From Alphaproteobacteria bacterium (lineage in GTDB: Bacteria; Pseudomonadota; Alphaproteobacteria; Paracaedibacterales; CAITNM01), in the NCBI GenBank assembly GCA_947499175.1, contig CANMNU010000002.1, positions 1-33,178 on the forward strand: DNA of 33,178 nt. The letters run 5' to 3'. Positions 1-13,077 of the stretch are shown piece after piece (position 1 is the first letter of the stretch; each line of letters starts with the position of its first letter). The notes beneath the pieces are model-generated. The model searched no databases, had not been told where the DNA came from, and was given only the letters and a program-made list of their open reading frames with translations. The position numbers and the translations under genes were made by a program.

Positions 1-50
1 ACATTGACCCCTCTCAAAATAAGGAGTGGGCCATAAAACTCAACTAAATA

Positions 51-1268
51 TTAACGCTTAATATCAATTACCGGACGCATAGTAATTAACAAAATTAGTG
101 CAAGTAAAGCAATTGCACCACTGCCAATAAATGTTGTAAATAAGTCGTACTTATTGGCAAGTGAACTACCAACGAGTCCTGCCATTAGTAACCCTAAAGA
201 ATTTATTAGGTAATAAAAACCAATTCCTGTCCCTCTTAGGTCTTCTGGAACTTGATCAGCAATCATGCATAAAAACATATCTTGGCTCATACCGATTTGA
301 ATACCCCAGAGTGCTACTCCTATCAGCATTACCCATAAATCACTTGAAAAACCAAGCAGTATATCTGCTGTTATTAGTATCACAAAACTTAAAGATAAAA
401 ATCCAAATCGTCCTAAATGATCTGAAAGTAAACCAACTGGATAGGAAAATAGTGAATTGGTACAGTTATAAAGAATTAAAATACCATGAGCAAAGCTTGG
501 GTCCATGCCAAAATTTTGTGTTGCATGTAACACCAACATAGACTCACCTATGCGTGAACTCATAAAGACTACGGCAACAATCATTAGTAGCCAATAAGAT
601 TTGCCTAAGCGCGCCAAGTCACTAAGGTGTAATGGATGCCGTATTGGTTTTTTGTTAGCTGTAACTTCTTTTTCGTGTGGGTCATGGACAAAAATTAGCA
701 ATAATATAAAACCTATAGCTGCTGGAATACTTGCCCACATAAAAACTTGTTGGTAGCTAAAATTAAAGCTGTACATTGCTATAAAACCTAGGCCACCACC
801 GATAAATGACCCTGCGGTAGCCATAGCATTGCGTAAACCAAAACAGCAACCTTTAGTGCCATCTGGAGCTAAGTCACCAACTAAAGCATCCCGTGGCGTT
901 GATTGCATGCCGTTGCCTAAACGATCAAGTAATCTTGCAATAATTACAGTAGGGACTGTTGCAAATAATGCAAAAATTGGCTTAGAAATTGTGACCATGG
1001 CAAAACCTATGGCCATTACTTTTTTAGGACGTCTTAAATAATCACTAATTAGCCCAGAAAGTAATTTCATAGCAAAAGCCATTGCTTCAAAGAAACCCTC
1101 AAGCATAACAATAAACCCTGTCTCAGCACCTAAAATTTGCTTTAGATAAAGTGCTACAACTCCAAACACCATGACTGTTGAAATATTCAACAGCATACTG
1201 GCAAATCCAATTGCCCAGACTGATAATGGAATTTTTGTTTTTTCAATTTTCATAAAACTTGCATACAA
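51..1268 (-). CDS. MFS-family membrane transporter, substrate unknown
   Basis: 405-aa ORF made almost entirely of hydrophobic helices (about 12 by eye). It has an MFS motif-A-like loop (ARLLDRLGNGMQSTPRDA). The start could be M1 (1268) or M6 (1253). Confidence 0.8.
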   Translation of the reverse strand: MYASFMKIEKTKIPLSVWAIGFASMLLNISTVMVFGVVALYLKQILGAETGFIVMLEGFFEAMAFAMKLLSGLISDYLRRPKKVMAIGFAMVTISKPIFALFATVPTVIIARLLDRLGNGMQSTPRDALVGDLAPDGTKGCCFGLRNAMATAGSFIGGGLGFIAMYSFNFSYQQVFMWASIPAAIGFILLLIFVHDPHEKEVTANKKPIRHPLHLSDLARLGKSYWLLMIVAVVFMSSRIGESMLVLHATQNFGMDPSFAHGILILYNCTNSLFSYPVGLLSDHLGRFGFLSLSFVILITADILLGFSSDLWVMLIGVALWGIQIGMSQDMFLCMIADQVPEDLRGTGIGFYYLINSLGLLMAGLVGSSLANKYDLFTTFIGSGAIALLALILLITMRPVIDIKR

Positions 1269-1312
1269 CTACAATTTTGGCCAAAGCAAAAATGATTGAT
1301 CAATCTAACAAA

Positions 1313-1349
1313 CGAAAAATAAAAAAACAAGCATTAAGCTTGTTTTTTT
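1313..1349 (-). terminator. Rho-independent terminator downstream of rpoC
   Basis: Minus strand reads AAAAAAACAAGC-TTAAT-GCTTGTTTTTTT followed by ATTTTT, 23 nt after the rpoC stop (1372-1374). The stem core ACAAGC/GCTTGT is extended by A:U pairs and followed by a U-tract. The symmetric A/T tracts make it potentially bidirectional. Confidence 0.5.
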
Positions 1350-1371
1350 ATGCAATCAATCAACAATTCAG

Positions 1372-4300
1372 TTACGCAACTGACTGCTCAATTTCCGTTT
1401 CCATTTCCAGAGGTTCAGTTTGTGCCAGTAATTCCTTATCACGGTTTTGCGCTGTTGCTCGCATACGACGCATAGCACTACCAGTACCTGCAGGAATTAA
1501 TCTACCAACTATTACGTTCTCTTTTAGACCAGCCAAACCATCGATTTTACCTGAAACAGCTGCTTCAGTTAGAACACGAGTTGTTTCTTGGAACGATGCC
1601 GCTGAAATAAATGATTTAGTATGCAATGATGCCTTGGTAATACCTTGCAATACTGGTTGACCAGTTGCAGGATTTTTGCCTTCTTTCATTAATTTACCAT
1701 TTTCGTGGTCAAACAACACTCTATCAACATGATCTCCAACGATAAAGTTTGTATCGCCAGCATTATGCACCTCAGTTTTTTGTAACATCTGACGCACAAT
1801 AACTTCGATATGTTTATCGTTAATTGTGATACCTTGCAAACGGTAAACCTGCTGTATTTCGCTTACTAAATAAACAGCTAAAGCTTCCACACCCATTACA
1901 CGCAAAATATCATGTGGTACTGGGTTACCATCTACTAGCAAGTCACCTTTACGTACATAGTCTCCTTCTTGCACAACAATGTGACGTCCACGAGGTACCA
2001 AATATTCAACCGGCTGTAGATTCTCATTTTCAGGAGCAACGCCAATACGACGTTTCGCCTTATAATCTTTACCAAACTCAATTCTACCATCAAATTCTGC
2101 AATTATAGCCGCATCTTTTGGTTGACGTGCTTCAAATAGTTCTGATACGCGTGGCAAACCACCAGTAATATCGCGAGTTTTTGAAGTTTCACGCGGAATA
2201 CGTGCAAGAATTTCACCAGCTGGAATTTTAATACCATTTTCAATTGAAATAATCGCATCTATTGGCAAGAAATAACGTGCCTCAATACCATTTTCAAGTT
2301 TAATTGGATTACCCTTCGCATCGCGCATACTTATCATTGGACGAAGCTCTGCACTAGTACGTGAAGATTTTGCATCAATAACCGCACGGCTAGAAATACC
2401 GGTTGATTCATCGATCACTTCGCGCATTGTAACACCCTCAATCAAGTCAACGAAATGTGGCACACCTTCTTTTTCAGCAATTACTGGAATTGTGTAAGGA
2501 TCCCACTCAGCAATTTTTTGCCCCTGCTTAATACTTTCGCCTTCTTTTAGTAATAGCTTAGCTCCATATTGAATTCTATAATGTACACGTTCACGATTTT
2601 GATCATCAAGAATGATCACTTCACCGTTACGAGAAAGTACGATGGTTTGACCGGAAGAGTTTTGTAAAGCATTAATATTCTTTAGTTTAACTTTACCTGG
2701 CATTGAGCTTTCAATGCTTGATTGCTCAGCACTTCTTTGAGCCGCACCACCCATGTGGAAGGTACGCATGGTAAGCTGTGTTCCAGGCTCACCAATTGAC
2801 TGTGCAGCAATAACACCAACAGCTTCACCAATATTAACTGGTGTTCCTCTAGAAAGATCACGACCATAACATTTTGCGCAGATACCAACTTCCATTTCAC
2901 ACGTCAAAACTGAACGTATTTTTACTTCGTGTATCTTTGCTTCACTAATTTCTTCAATTGAATCTTCATTAATCAGTTCACCTGCAGCGATAATTAGCTT
3001 GTTAGTAATAGGGTGAATAATATCTTCTGAAGCAGTTCTACCTAAAATACGATCTACTAGGGCTACAACAGTATTTGCACCTTCAACAACTGAGTACATA
3101 TGAATACCTTGTGTGGTACCACAATCGTCAGCAACGATAATGCAATCTTGAGCTACGTCAACCAAACGACGTGTCAAATAACCAGAGTTAGCTGTTTTTA
3201 ATGCAGTGTCAGAAAGACCTTTACGCGCACCATGGGTTGAAATGAAATATTCAAGAACGTGCAATCCTTCTTTAAAGTTTGAAATAATTGGTGTTTCAAT
3301 AATGTCACCTGACGGTTTTGTCATCAAACCACGCATACCGGCCATTTGTCGCATCTGTGTTACAGAACCACGAGCCTTAGAGTGAATCATCATATAAACC
3401 GCATTCATGGCTTCGCCTGGGCGGTTTTCTGACATAGCCTGCAACATGGCATCAGCTACCTTATCGGTACAGCGCCCCCATGCATCAACAACTTTGTTGT
3501 ATTTTTCACCCTGTGTGATTAATCCATCAAGATATTGTTGTTCAAATTCAGAAACAGCTGATTTTGTTTGCGTTATCATAATTTCTTTTTCTTTTGGAAC
3601 GATTAGATCGTCTTTACCGAAAGAAATACCGCTTTTAGTCATGTAGCTAAAGCCTAAGCCCATAATACGATCAACAAAAATTACAGTTTCTTTTTGTCCA
3701 CAATGACGATAAACCGCATCAACTAAAAAGCTTATTTCATTTGAAGTTAGTACTTGGTTAACAAGTTCAAATGGCATTTTGTGGTGTTTAGGTAAATAGT
3801 TACCAATAAACAAACGTCCAGGGGTTGTATCTACACGTTTATAGCTAATGCTACCATCTTCATGATAAACAGCTACTTTAGCTTTAATTTTGCTGTGTAC
3901 GTGCAGATATCCCTGTGAAATTGCATGTTCAAGCTCTGAAATATCAGAAATCAAACTACCTTCACCTGGCATGTCAGAACTCATCATGCTTAGGTAATAA
4001 AGACCAAGAACAATATCTTTTGATGGAACAACAATCGGTTTTCCACTTGAAGGACTCAAAATATTGTTTGTAGACATCATCAACACGCGTGCTTCAAGCT
4101 GTGCTTCCAAAGATAATGGTATGTGGACTGCCATTTGGTCACCGTCAAAGTCGGCGTTAAATGCAGTACAAACTAAAGGATGCAATTGAATAGCCTTACC
4201 TTCAATTAATATTGGCTCAAACGCTTGGATACCCAAACGGTGAAGTGTTGGTGCACGGTTAAGCAAAACTGGATGCTCACGGATAACATCTTCAAGAACA

Positions 4301-5535
4301 TCCCAAACTTCAGGTCTCTCTTTTTCAACCATACGTTTAGCAGCTTTTAATGTACTTGCAAGGCCATAACGTTCAAGGCGTGCATAAATGAATGGGCGGA
4401 ACAATTCTAGCGCCATTTTCTTTGGCAAACCACATTGGTGCAGTTTTAACTCTGGACCAACAACAATCACTGAACGACCAGAATAGTCAACGCGCTTACC
4501 TAGCAAGTTTTGACGGAATCGTCCTTGTTTACCTTTTAGCATGTCCGCTAAAGATTTTAATGGACGCTTATTGGTTCCTGTAATAGCACGACCGCGACGT
4601 CCATTATCAAACAATGCATCAACAGATTCTTGTAACATACGCTTTTCGTTACGCACAATAATTTCTGGAGCTCGTAATTCAATCAGGCGTTTCAAACGGT
4701 TATTACGGTTAATAACGCGACGATACAAATCATTCAAATCAGATGTTGCAAAACGCCCACCATCTAATGGAACCAAAGGACGCAATTCTGGTGGAATTAC
4801 TGGAATAACTTCCATAACCAAACATTCAGGTGGAGTGTTTGATTCAATAAATGCTTCAAGCAGTTTTAAACGCTTTAGAATTTTTTTACGGCGAATTTCA
4901 GACGTGCAGTCGGCTTGCTCTAATCGAAGTGCATCACTATCAACCTTTGGGTTAATTTTACGTAACATTTCACGTAAAGCCTCTGCCCCAATTCCAGCGA
5001 CAAATGCATCTTCACCATATTCGTCCTGCACTTGCATAAATTCTTCTTCAGTTAGCAGTTGGCCGTATGACATTGCTGTCATGCCAGGCTCAAGAACTAC
5101 GTAACTTTCAAAATAAAGAATTTTTTCAAGATCTTTTAACGGAATGTCTAATAAAATACCAGCACGGCTTGGCAACGATTTGGTAAACCAAATATGTGCA
5201 ACTGGTGCTGCTAATTCAATATGCCCCATGCGGTCACGGCGAACTTTACTTAAGGTAACTTCAACGCCACATTTTTCACAAGTTACTCCGCGATATTTCA
5301 TGCGCTTATATTTACCACACAAGCATTCATAATCTTTTACAGGACCAAAAATTCGTGCACAAAATAAACCATCACGTTCTGGTTTAAATGTACGATAATT
5401 TATAGTTTCTGGCTTTTTTACTTCGCCAAATGACCAGGAACGAATTCGTTCTGCTGTAGCAATGGTTATTCGAATTGCATCAAAATCTGGAAGTACATCC
5501 ATTGCGTTGAAGTTTCGTTTAATCTCTCGGTTCAT
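1372..5535 (-). CDS. rpoC: DNA-directed RNA polymerase subunit beta-prime
   Basis: 1387-aa ORF with the catalytic [12 protein letters not shown] motif and an N-terminal zinc-binding cluster ([23 protein letters not shown]). It lies directly downstream of rpoB. GGGAG Shine-Dalgarno 6 nt before the ATG. Confidence 0.98.
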   Translation of the reverse strand: MNREIKRNFNAMDVLPDFDAIRITIATAERIRSWSFGEVKKPETINYRTFKPERDGLFCARIFGPVKDYECLCGKYKRMKYRGVTCEKCGVEVTLSKVRRDRMGHIELAAPVAHIWFTKSLPSRAGILLDIPLKDLEKILYFESYVVLEPGMTAMSYGQLLTEEEFMQVQDEYGEDAFVAGIGAEALREMLRKINPKVDSDALRLEQADCTSEIRRKKILKRLKLLEAFIESNTPPECLVMEVIPVIPPELRPLVPLDGGRFATSDLNDLYRRVINRNNRLKRLIELRAPEIIVRNEKRMLQESVDALFDNGRRGRAITGTNKRPLKSLADMLKGKQGRFRQNLLGKRVDYSGRSVIVVGPELKLHQCGLPKKMALELFRPFIYARLERYGLASTLKAAKRMVEKERPEVWDVLEDVIREHPVLLNRAPTLHRLGIQAFEPILIEGKAIQLHPLVCTAFNADFDGDQMAVHIPLSLEAQLEARVLMMSTNNILSPSSGKPIVVPSKDIVLGLYYLSMMSSDMPGEGSLISDISELEHAISQGYLHVHSKIKAKVAVYHEDGSISYKRVDTTPGRLFIGNYLPKHHKMPFELVNQVLTSNEISFLVDAVYRHCGQKETVIFVDRIMGLGFSYMTKSGISFGKDDLIVPKEKEIMITQTKSAVSEFEQQYLDGLITQGEKYNKVVDAWGRCTDKVADAMLQAMSENRPGEAMNAVYMMIHSKARGSVTQMRQMAGMRGLMTKPSGDIIETPIISNFKEGLHVLEYFISTHGARKGLSDTALKTANSGYLTRRLVDVAQDCIIVADDCGTTQGIHMYSVVEGANTVVALVDRILGRTASEDIIHPITNKLIIAAGELINEDSIEEISEAKIHEVKIRSVLTCEMEVGICAKCYGRDLSRGTPVNIGEAVGVIAAQSIGEPGTQLTMRTFHMGGAAQRSAEQSSIESSMPGKVKLKNINALQNSSGQTIVLSRNGEVIILDDQNRERVHYRIQYGAKLLLKEGESIKQGQKIAEWDPYTIPVIAEKEGVPHFVDLIEGVTMREVIDESTGISSRAVIDAKSSRTSAELRPMISMRDAKGNPIKLENGIEARYFLPIDAIISIENGIKIPAGEILARIPRETSKTRDITGGLPRVSELFEARQPKDAAIIAEFDGRIEFGKDYKAKRRIGVAPENENLQPVEYLVPRGRHIVVQEGDYVRKGDLLVDGNPVPHDILRVMGVEALAVYLVSEIQQVYRLQGITINDKHIEVIVRQMLQKTEVHNAGDTNFIVGDHVDRVLFDHENGKLMKEGKNPATGQPVLQGITKASLHTKSFISAASFQETTRVLTEAAVSGKIDGLAGLKENVIVGRLIPAGTGSAMRRMRATAQNRDKELLAQTEPLEMETEIEQSVA

Positions 5536-5572
5536 GCGTTACTCCCGAACAAAATGTCAAAAATTTATATAT

Positions 5573-5599
5573 AAAAATGGGGGAGCCACCCCCACAAAA
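5573..5599 (-). other. GC hairpin plus U-run between rpoB and rpoC (attenuator, processing or stabiliser element)
   Basis: Minus strand: rpoB TAG, CTTTTTTG, TGGGGG-TGGCT-CCCCCA, TTTTTATATAT. The stem arms are at 5578-5583 and 5589-5594. Confidence 0.3.
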
Positions 5600-5602
5600 A
5601 AG

Positions 5603-8600
5603 CTATTCAAACTGCTCAAAAGCCACATTCAAGCCAAGTGAACGAAGTTCTTTTACAAGCACATTAAAGGATTCAGGAATACCTGTTTCCATATTGTCGT
5701 CACCACGAACGATAGCTTCGTAAACTTTCATACGGCCAACGATATCATCCGATTTTACAGTTAACATTTCTTGCAATGTATACGCTGCACCATATGCTTC
5801 AAGTGCCCAAACTTCCATTTCACCAAAACGTTGTCCACCGAACTGTGCTTTACCACCTAACGGTTGCTGAGTAACTAAACTGTATGGACCAATTGAACGA
5901 GCATGAATTTTATCGTCAACTAAATGGTGCAACTTAAGCATGTAAATATAACCAACGGTTACTTTACGGTCAAAAGGTTCACCAGTTCTGCCATCTATTA
6001 GCGTTACCTGCCCATTAGTATCAAGTTCTGCATATTTCAACGCATTATTAATTTCTTCATGGCTTGCTCCATCAAATACTGGTGATGCTATAGGAACACC
6101 TTTACGAAGATTTCCAGCCATTTCAATTAGTTGGTTATCGTCTAAGGCTTTTATATCTTTTTGATCTTTTTTATTTGTATATATTTCAAATAACTTGTCA
6201 CGAATATCTTGTACTGCTAATTGATCTTCGCGATATTTTTCAAGCATGACATTTATTTGACGCCCCATACCAGCAACAGCTCCACCTAGATGGGTTTCTA
6301 AAATTTGCCCAACGTTCATACGTGATGGCAAACCAAGTGGGTTCAAAATAATATCAACAGGAGTTCCGTCTTCTAAATGTGGCATATCTTCAATAGGCAC
6401 AACTTTAGAAACGACACCCTTGTTACCATGGCGACCTGCCATTTTATCACCAGGCTGAAGTTTACGCTTAACAGCAATAAACACCTTAACTGATTTCAAA
6501 ACTCCAGGCGGTAATTCATCTCCTCTGCGTAGTTTTTCAACTCTATCTTCAAATGTTGCTTGTAATCTAACGCATGACGCATCAAATTCTGCTTTCATTT
6601 CTTCAATCTCGTGCAAAACAGCTTCATCAGAAACAATAATTTTCTTCCATTCAGCTGGATGAAGATTACCTAGCATAGCTTCAGTAATTTCACTACCTTT
6701 GACTAGTTCTTTTGAACCAGAGGCAAATTTTTGACCAATTAATAATTCTTTCAACCTTTGTGAAAAACTACGGTCTAAAATTGCTTTTTCAGCATCACGA
6801 TCTTTGGCAAGACGATCAATTTCTTGACGTTCTAGTGCAATTGATCGCTCATCACGTTCAATACCTCTGCGTGAGAATATTCGCACCTCTACAATTGTGC
6901 CAGCTACTCCTGGTGGCACACGTAGTGAGCTATCTCTCACATCAGACGCTTTTTCCCCAAAAATTGCTCGCAAAAGCTTTTCTTCTGGGGTAGATGGCGC
7001 CTCACCTTTCGGCGTAACCTTACCAACCAAAATGTCCCCTGGGTTTACTTCTGCACCAACATAAACGATTCCAGCTTCATCCAAGTTTCGCAAGCCTTCT
7101 TCGCCAACGTTTGGAATATCACGAGTTATGTCTTCGTTTCCAAGCTTAGTATCACGCGCCATTAATTCAAATTCTTCAATGTGAATTGATGTAAATACAT
7201 CATCTTGAACAATACGGTCAGAAATAACGATTGAGTCTTCAAAGTTATAACCTTGCCATGACATAAAGGAAACAAGCACGTTCCGCCCCAATGCTAACTC
7301 ACCAAGCTCTGTCGCTGGACCGTCCGCAATAATATCACCACGTTTAACAATATCACCTTTTTTAACAAGTGGCCGTTGGTTGATACAAGTGCTCATATTA
7401 GAACGCTGAAATTTCAACAAGTTAAAAATATCAACGCCAGACTTGTTTTCTGAGTCTTTTTCAGTAACACGAATTACAATACGCTTACCATCAACCTGGT
7501 CAACAACACCATCGCGCCTAGCAGTAATTACAGCCCCAGAATCTTTAGCAACAATTGCTTCCATGCCAGTGCCAACTAAAGGGGCTTCAGCTCTCAAAAG
7601 TGGTACTGCCTGACGTTGCATGTTCGAACCCATTAGAGCACGGTTGGCATCGTCATTTTCCAAAAATGGAATCAAAGATGCTGCAACTGACACAAGCTGT
7701 TTCGGTGAAACGTCAATATAATCTACACTTGAACGAGGGAAAATACCAAATTCACCTGATTTACGACATGTTACAAATTCTTCAACTATGTTGCCTTGTT
7801 CGTCTTGCTCAACACTTGCTTGACCAATAATGTAACGACTTTCTTCCAAGGCGTTCATATAAATAACTTCATTGGTCACATTGCCATCGTTAATTTTACG
7901 ATACGGACTTTCAATAAATCCATACTTATTAACCCTTGCATAGGTTGCCAAAGAGTTAATCAAACCAATATTCTGACCTTCAGGAGTTTCAATTGGGCAA
8001 ATACGTCCGTAATGGGTTGGATGCACGTCACGTACTTCAAAGCTTGCACGATCTCGTGATAAACCACCAGGTCCTAGAGCTGATAACCTACGCTTGTGTG
8101 TAATTTCCGAAAGAGGGTTAGTTTGGTCCATAAACTGTGAAAGTTGTGATGATCCAAAAAATTCACGAATTGCTGCTGCAACTGGTTTAGCATTAACTAA
8201 ATCATTTGGCATAACGGTATCAATATCAACAGACCCCATGCGTTCACGAATCGAGCGTTCCATACGCACTAAGCCAACACGAAATTGATTTTCTAACAAC
8301 TCACCTACCGAACGTACACGGCGGTTTGCAAGGTTATCAATATCATCTACCTCACCTTTTCCATCGCGTAGCTCAAGCAAAATACGCACCATACAAATGA
8401 TATCGTCTTTTTTTAGAACACGGACATCATCAGGTGTATTTAACCCAAGGCGCGCATTCATTTTTACGCGACCAACAGCCGATAAATCATATCTTTCAGG
8501 ATCAAAGAAAAGAGCCCTAAATAGTGCTTCACCACCCTCAACGGTTGGTGGCTCACCTGGACGTAATGCACGATAAATATCCATCAACGCTTCGTCACGA

Positions 8601-9772
8601 TTTTGATTTTTATCAATTTGAAGCGTGTTTAATAAATAAGCCCCAACATTTACATGATCAATATTTAATAAATCAAATGATTTAACTTTTTGCTCATTCA
8701 AAATTTCTAATAATTCAACTGTAAGTGGATCGCCAGCTTCTATATAAATTTCACCTGTTTGATCATTAATATAATCATTAGCAATGTAATCACCCATCAA
8801 ATCTTCCTCTTTAAAGGCGATTTTTTTAAGTCCATCAGCTTCTAATTTTTTTGCCAAACGTGGGGTTATTTTTGTACCATTTTCTGCGGCAATCTCACCA
8901 GTTTCAGCGTTAACTAAATCATGGTTTAATTTTGAACCCTTCCAACGATCAGAAACATAGGCTGTAACCCAAAGTTTTTTATCCTTTGTGTACGTAATTT
9001 TATCATAAAATGTATGTAAAATTTCTTCCCGTGACATTCCCATTGTGTCTTTAGGGCTATGGTCTTTTTTATCCTTTAATGCGTTTGCTTTAGCATTTGC
9101 TGTATACTCGCTATCTAGCGCCATTAATAATGTGGTAACTGGCAACTTACGCCTGCGGTCAACGCGCACACAAATCTGGTCTTTTGGATCAAACTCAAAA
9201 TCAAGCCATGAACCACGGTATGGAACAATACGACCCGCATAAAGTATCTTACCTGAAGTGTGGGTTTTACCCTTATCATGGTCAAAAAACACACCTGGAC
9301 TACGGTGCATCTGTGAAACAATTACACGCTCAATACCGTTAACTATAAATGTTCCGCGGTCAGTCATCAACGGAACATCGCCAATGTATACATCCTGCTC
9401 TTTAATATCGCGAATTGAACGTGACCCAGAATCAGCATCAACATCCCAGACAACCAAACGAAACGTTACTTTCAAAGGAGCTGCAAAAGTTAAACCACGC
9501 GTGCGACACTCTTCCTCGTCAAACTTCGGCTTTTCAAAGTCGTAGTGAAAAAATTCTAGCTGGGACTTTCCAGAATAGTCTTTAATTGGGAAAATAGAGC
9601 TAAAAACCTCAAGAAGACCAGCGTTATCACGCTTTTCGTGCCTAGTATTTAGCTGCAAAAAAGCTTCATATGAATTTTTTTGCAAAGCAATTAAATTAGG
9701 TAGTGGCGCAACTTCAGATATGCGACCAAAATTTTTACGAAATCTTTTACGACCAGTAAATGAGCGAACCAT
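5603..9772 (-). CDS. rpoB: DNA-directed RNA polymerase subunit beta
   Basis: 1389-aa ORF. It has the rifampicin-region sequence [34 protein letters not shown] and the [15 protein letters not shown] motif. The N-terminus [16 protein letters not shown] is typical of alphaproteobacterial RpoB. AGGAG SD upstream. Confidence 0.98.
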   Translation of the reverse strand: MVRSFTGRKRFRKNFGRISEVAPLPNLIALQKNSYEAFLQLNTRHEKRDNAGLLEVFSSIFPIKDYSGKSQLEFFHYDFEKPKFDEEECRTRGLTFAAPLKVTFRLVVWDVDADSGSRSIRDIKEQDVYIGDVPLMTDRGTFIVNGIERVIVSQMHRSPGVFFDHDKGKTHTSGKILYAGRIVPYRGSWLDFEFDPKDQICVRVDRRRKLPVTTLLMALDSEYTANAKANALKDKKDHSPKDTMGMSREEILHTFYDKITYTKDKKLWVTAYVSDRWKGSKLNHDLVNAETGEIAAENGTKITPRLAKKLEADGLKKIAFKEEDLMGDYIANDYINDQTGEIYIEAGDPLTVELLEILNEQKVKSFDLLNIDHVNVGAYLLNTLQIDKNQNRDEALMDIYRALRPGEPPTVEGGEALFRALFFDPERYDLSAVGRVKMNARLGLNTPDDVRVLKKDDIICMVRILLELRDGKGEVDDIDNLANRRVRSVGELLENQFRVGLVRMERSIRERMGSVDIDTVMPNDLVNAKPVAAAIREFFGSSQLSQFMDQTNPLSEITHKRRLSALGPGGLSRDRASFEVRDVHPTHYGRICPIETPEGQNIGLINSLATYARVNKYGFIESPYRKINDGNVTNEVIYMNALEESRYIIGQASVEQDEQGNIVEEFVTCRKSGEFGIFPRSSVDYIDVSPKQLVSVAASLIPFLENDDANRALMGSNMQRQAVPLLRAEAPLVGTGMEAIVAKDSGAVITARRDGVVDQVDGKRIVIRVTEKDSENKSGVDIFNLLKFQRSNMSTCINQRPLVKKGDIVKRGDIIADGPATELGELALGRNVLVSFMSWQGYNFEDSIVISDRIVQDDVFTSIHIEEFELMARDTKLGNEDITRDIPNVGEEGLRNLDEAGIVYVGAEVNPGDILVGKVTPKGEAPSTPEEKLLRAIFGEKASDVRDSSLRVPPGVAGTIVEVRIFSRRGIERDERSIALERQEIDRLAKDRDAEKAILDRSFSQRLKELLIGQKFASGSKELVKGSEITEAMLGNLHPAEWKKIIVSDEAVLHEIEEMKAEFDASCVRLQATFEDRVEKLRRGDELPPGVLKSVKVFIAVKRKLQPGDKMAGRHGNKGVVSKVVPIEDMPHLEDGTPVDIILNPLGLPSRMNVGQILETHLGGAVAGMGRQINVMLEKYREDQLAVQDIRDKLFEIYTNKKDQKDIKALDDNQLIEMAGNLRKGVPIASPVFDGASHEEINNALKYAELDTNGQVTLIDGRTGEPFDRKVTVGYIYMLKLHHLVDDKIHARSIGPYSLVTQQPLGGKAQFGGQRFGEMEVWALEAYGAAYTLQEMLTVKSDDIVGRMKVYEAIVRGDDNMETGIPESFNVLVKELRSLGLNVAFEQFE

Positions 9773-9927
9773 GCACGAAACTCCTACACGATGAAACAGG
9801 GGCTAAAAAACAGACACACAAACACCATTTTGAAAATTACGTCTAAAATGATATTTTTTTGCATGCCTAACACAAATGACAAACTTTAATAAAAAATTAA
9901 TAATCGGCTAATTTTGTACAGTAGCCT

Positions 9928-9972
9928 AAAAAAATACGCTCAGCAACCCCTTTCACAAGAATTGCCGAGCGT
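9928..9972 (-). terminator. rplL-rpoB intergenic attenuator/terminator hairpin
   Basis: Minus strand, starting 6 nt after the rplL stop: ACGCTCGGCAA-(15 nt loop)-TTGCTGAGCGT, an 11 bp stem with one G-U pair, followed by ATTTTTTT. The position matches the partial terminator known in the E. coli rplJL-rpoBC operon. Confidence 0.5.
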
Positions 9973-9977
9973 CAAGA

Positions 9978-10343
<366 letters not shown>

Positions 10344-10375
10344 AGTATTATTCTCCTAGTTTGTCTCGCTATTGA

Positions 10376-10879
10376 TTAACTGTTTTTTGCTGTAAGCACC
10401 CTTGCTATACGAGCCGCAGGCTCTTTTAGCAGGATTGCCAGTTTTGTCGCTGGCGCGCTAATAACAGCCACAAGCATACCACGCAATTCATTAAGTGAAG
10501 GCAGGGTAGCTAGAGCTTTTACTTCAGCTTCATTCAGAATTTTACCGTCAAGGCATGCCCCTACAACTTTGATCTTGTCATTTTTATTTGCAAAAGTGAC
10601 AAGAGCTTTAGCTGCAGCAATTGGATCTACTGAATAGGCCAACGTAGTTGGTCCAGTCAGCATATCGGTCAAGCCATCTAGCTTAGTTCCTTTAACAGCA
10701 ATCTGAGCGAGGGTATTTTTTAAAACCTTAAATTCAGCATTTACAGCACGCATATCACGACGCAGCTTAGTTACTTCATCAACCGTTAAACCTGATTGAC
10801 GGGCAACTACTACTAAAGTCGAAGACTCTAGTCGCTGGCGCATATCCGCAACCAATGCTTCCTTTTGCATACGGTCCAT
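10376..10879 (-). CDS. rplJ: 50S ribosomal protein L10
   Basis: 167 aa, MDRMQKEALVADMRQRLE... with typical L10 length, located immediately upstream of rplL. Confidence 0.95.
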   Translation of the reverse strand: MDRMQKEALVADMRQRLESSTLVVVARQSGLTVDEVTKLRRDMRAVNAEFKVLKNTLAQIAVKGTKLDGLTDMLTGPTTLAYSVDPIAAAKALVTFANKNDKIKVVGACLDGKILNEAEVKALATLPSLNELRGMLVAVISAPATKLAILLKEPAARIARVLTAKNS

Positions 10880-11054
10880 GGTTATACTCCTTCACTCGTT
10901 TACTATTCGAAACAGAAAGGGATGAGCAAAACTCAACCCATTCTGTCTATGTAGGCGGCTCACACCATTAAACGGTTTTCCGAACCCACAGTCTTGGACA
11001 GGATAGGCTCCTGTTCAAAATCCCACAAAGGATTGCCCTCTGTAGGAATGGCTA
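10880..11054 (-). promoter_or_regulatory. Probable structured L10 (rplJ) leader
   Basis: 175-nt untranslated gap between rplA and rplJ with several hairpins on the minus strand. Examples are CCTACAGAGG-GCAA-CCTTTGTGGG (GNRA loop) and ACAGGA-GCCTA-TCCTGT. The placement corresponds to the autoregulatory L10 leader of other bacteria. Not verified by a covariance model. Confidence 0.35.
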
Positions 11055-11732
11055 TTATTCAACCGAAAATTGCAGGCCTGGGCCCATGGTTGAACTTAAA
11101 CATAACTTTTTAATATATGTGCCCTTAACTCCAGCTGGTCGAGCTTTTTGAATCACATCAATTAACGCTTTAATGTTTTCCGCTAAAGCGGTATCAGAAA
11201 AGCTTGCCTTACCAACCCGTGAATGAACTACACCAGCTTTTTCAGTGCGGTATTCAACCTGTCCACCTTTAATTGCTGTCAAAGCACCAGCAACATCCAT
11301 TGTCACTGTGCCAAGTTTTGGGTTAGGCATTAAGCCACGTGGTCCTAAAATTTTCGCAACCTTGCCAACTAACCCCATCATATCCGGGGTGGCAACGCAC
11401 TTATCAAATGGAATTTCACCTTTTTGAATTTGCTCAATAAGTTCTTCAGCGCCAACTATGTCGGCACCAGCTTTTTTTGCTTCCTCAGCCTTAGGGCCGC
11501 GGGCAAAAACAGCAACCTTATAAACTTTACCAGTACCATTAGGCAAACTTAATACACCACGTATATTTTGTTCTGCTTTTTTTGCATCAACATTCAAGTT
11601 GATTGAAATTTCTACTGTCTCGTCAAATTTAGCATTGGCGTTAGCCTTAACCAATTTAACAGCCTCTGACAAAGGATACACTTTATCACGAGTCAAACCC
11701 TTAAGTGCGGTTTTAATACGTTTACCGGCCAT
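11055..11732 (-). CDS. rplA: 50S ribosomal protein L1
   Basis: 225 aa with the [15 protein letters not shown] motif. It abuts the rplK stop with no gap. Confidence 0.97.
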   Translation of the reverse strand: MAGKRIKTALKGLTRDKVYPLSEAVKLVKANANAKFDETVEISINLNVDAKKAEQNIRGVLSLPNGTGKVYKVAVFARGPKAEEAKKAGADIVGAEELIEQIQKGEIPFDKCVATPDMMGLVGKVAKILGPRGLMPNPKLGTVTMDVAGALTAIKGGQVEYRTEKAGVVHSRVGKASFSDTALAENIKALIDVIQKARPAGVKGTYIKKLCLSSTMGPGLQFSVE

Positions 11733-12164
11733 CTACGCCTCCACCACTTCTAGGCCCATTGACCTGGCTGAACCAATAAGCATTTGGCAAGCTCCATCTA
11801 TGTCATGAGCATTTAAATCTTTCATTTTAATTTCAGCTATTTCGCGAATTTGTGCCATTGTCACTGATCCGACGGTGCCGCGACCAGGAGTCTGAGTACC
11901 TTTCTGGATTCCAGCTGCTTTTTTCAAAAAGAAAGTATTTGGCGGTGTTTTTGTTACAAATGAAAATGTGCGATCTGCAAATACAGTAATAACTACAGGC
12001 AACGGGGTGCCAGGATCAACACCTTGAGTTTGCGCATTAAAGGATTTACAAAATTCCATAATGTTCAATCCACGTTGTCCCAAAGCTGGTCCAATCGGTG
12101 GAGATGGGTTTGCTTTTCCAGCAGGCACCTGGAGCTTAATATAGCCTGTAATTTTTTTTGCCAT
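11733..12164 (-). CDS. rplK: 50S ribosomal protein L11
   Basis: 143 aa with the canonical N-terminus [44 protein letters not shown]. Confidence 0.97.
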   Translation of the reverse strand: MAKKITGYIKLQVPAGKANPSPPIGPALGQRGLNIMEFCKSFNAQTQGVDPGTPLPVVITVFADRTFSFVTKTPPNTFFLKKAAGIQKGTQTPGRGTVGSVTMAQIREIAEIKMKDLNAHDIDGACQMLIGSARSMGLEVVEA

Positions 12165-12187
12165 AATTCCTCACTTTAAAAATTGAG

Positions 12188-12216
12188 CTGTGGTACGGTT
12201 TGGCAACCTCCCACAG
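12188..12216 (-). promoter_or_regulatory. Hairpin in the nusG-rplK spacer (L11/L1 leader or nusG terminator)
   Basis: Minus strand CTGTGG-GA-GGTT-GCCA-AACC-GTA-CCACAG followed by CTCAATTTTT. It sits between the nusG stop (12223) and the rplK start (12164). Confidence 0.3.
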
Positions 12217-12222
12217 TTTTAC

Positions 12223-12756
12223 TTATTGCTTCTCTACTTGACCAAATTCTAATTCCACTGGGGTTGGTCGGCCAAATATCATAACCGAAACCTTTAAGCG
12301 GCCCTTTTCTTGATCAACTTCTTCAACGAAGCCACTGAAGGAAGTAAAGGGACCATCGCTCACTCGAACCTGCTCCCCAACTTCGTATACCACATTATGC
12401 TTAGGCTTTTCAATAGATTCTTGCACTTGTTGCATAATCCTATTTACTTCTTTTTGGCTAATTGGGCTTGGTTTTCCGTTAGCACCTAGGAATCCAGAGA
12501 CTTTCTGAACTCCACGCACCAAATGCCAAGTGCTGTCATTTAGCACCATTTTTACCAAAACATAACCTGGAAAAAAATTCTTTTCCGCATTTACTTTTTT
12601 GTTGCCTTTGCGAATTTCGACAACTTCTTCTGAGGGAACCAAAACTTCTTCAAACATGTCACTAAGTGACAGTTTTTCAGCTTGCTCAATAATGTGCTGG
12701 GACACTTTCTTTTCGAACCCAGAGTATACGTTAACTACGTACCACTTAGCTGACAT
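12223..12756 (-). CDS. nusG: Transcription termination/antitermination factor NusG (housekeeping)
   Basis: 177 aa with an NGN domain ([15 protein letters not shown]) and a KOW motif ([22 protein letters not shown]). Canonical position between secE and rplK. Confidence 0.95.
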   Translation of the reverse strand: MSAKWYVVNVYSGFEKKVSQHIIEQAEKLSLSDMFEEVLVPSEEVVEIRKGNKKVNAEKNFFPGYVLVKMVLNDSTWHLVRGVQKVSGFLGANGKPSPISQKEVNRIMQQVQESIEKPKHNVVYEVGEQVRVSDGPFTSFSGFVEEVDQEKGRLKVSVMIFGRPTPVELEFGQVEKQ

Positions 12757-12762
12757 AACGAT

Positions 12763-12972
12763 TTATCCAATAATTAAATTTAGTAAACGGTAAATAATTT
12801 GGTCTACAACCATAAAATAACATGCAGCAATAATTGCAAAAATAAAAACTACAATAGTTGTAACCCTTGTTTCCTTACCTGACGGCCAGGTCACTTTACG
12901 CATTTCTTGTCGCACTTGAGCAAAAAATTCTGGGATTTTTTTGAGTAGCGGTTTTTTTGTTTGATCAGCCAT
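12763..12972 (-). CDS. secE: Preprotein translocase subunit SecE
   Basis: 69 aa with the FFAQVRQEMRKVTWPSGKET motif followed by a single TM helix. It is 6 nt upstream of nusG. Confidence 0.9.
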   Translation of the reverse strand: MADQTKKPLLKKIPEFFAQVRQEMRKVTWPSGKETRVTTIVVFIFAIIAACYFMVVDQIIYRLLNLIIG

Positions 12973-13077
12973 AAAATATTTCCTTAAAAACTACAACAAA
13001 AAGCAATATCTGCTTTAACAGACCCATCTGCAATTTGTAAATGATTGCTAGCCAAATGTCTAGAAAAAATTATCAAA

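Noticed and set aside
1259-9545. Many 60-190-aa ORFs in the track that overlap rpoC and rpoB. Examples are 1259-1660, 1914-2108, 2682-2900, 3407-3646, 4392-5332, 6712-6993, 7555-8288 and 9045-9545.
   Set aside because: All lie antisense or out of frame inside two very strongly supported, universally conserved genes. Their translations are low-complexity or mirror the sense codons, and none has a start context or recognisable motif.
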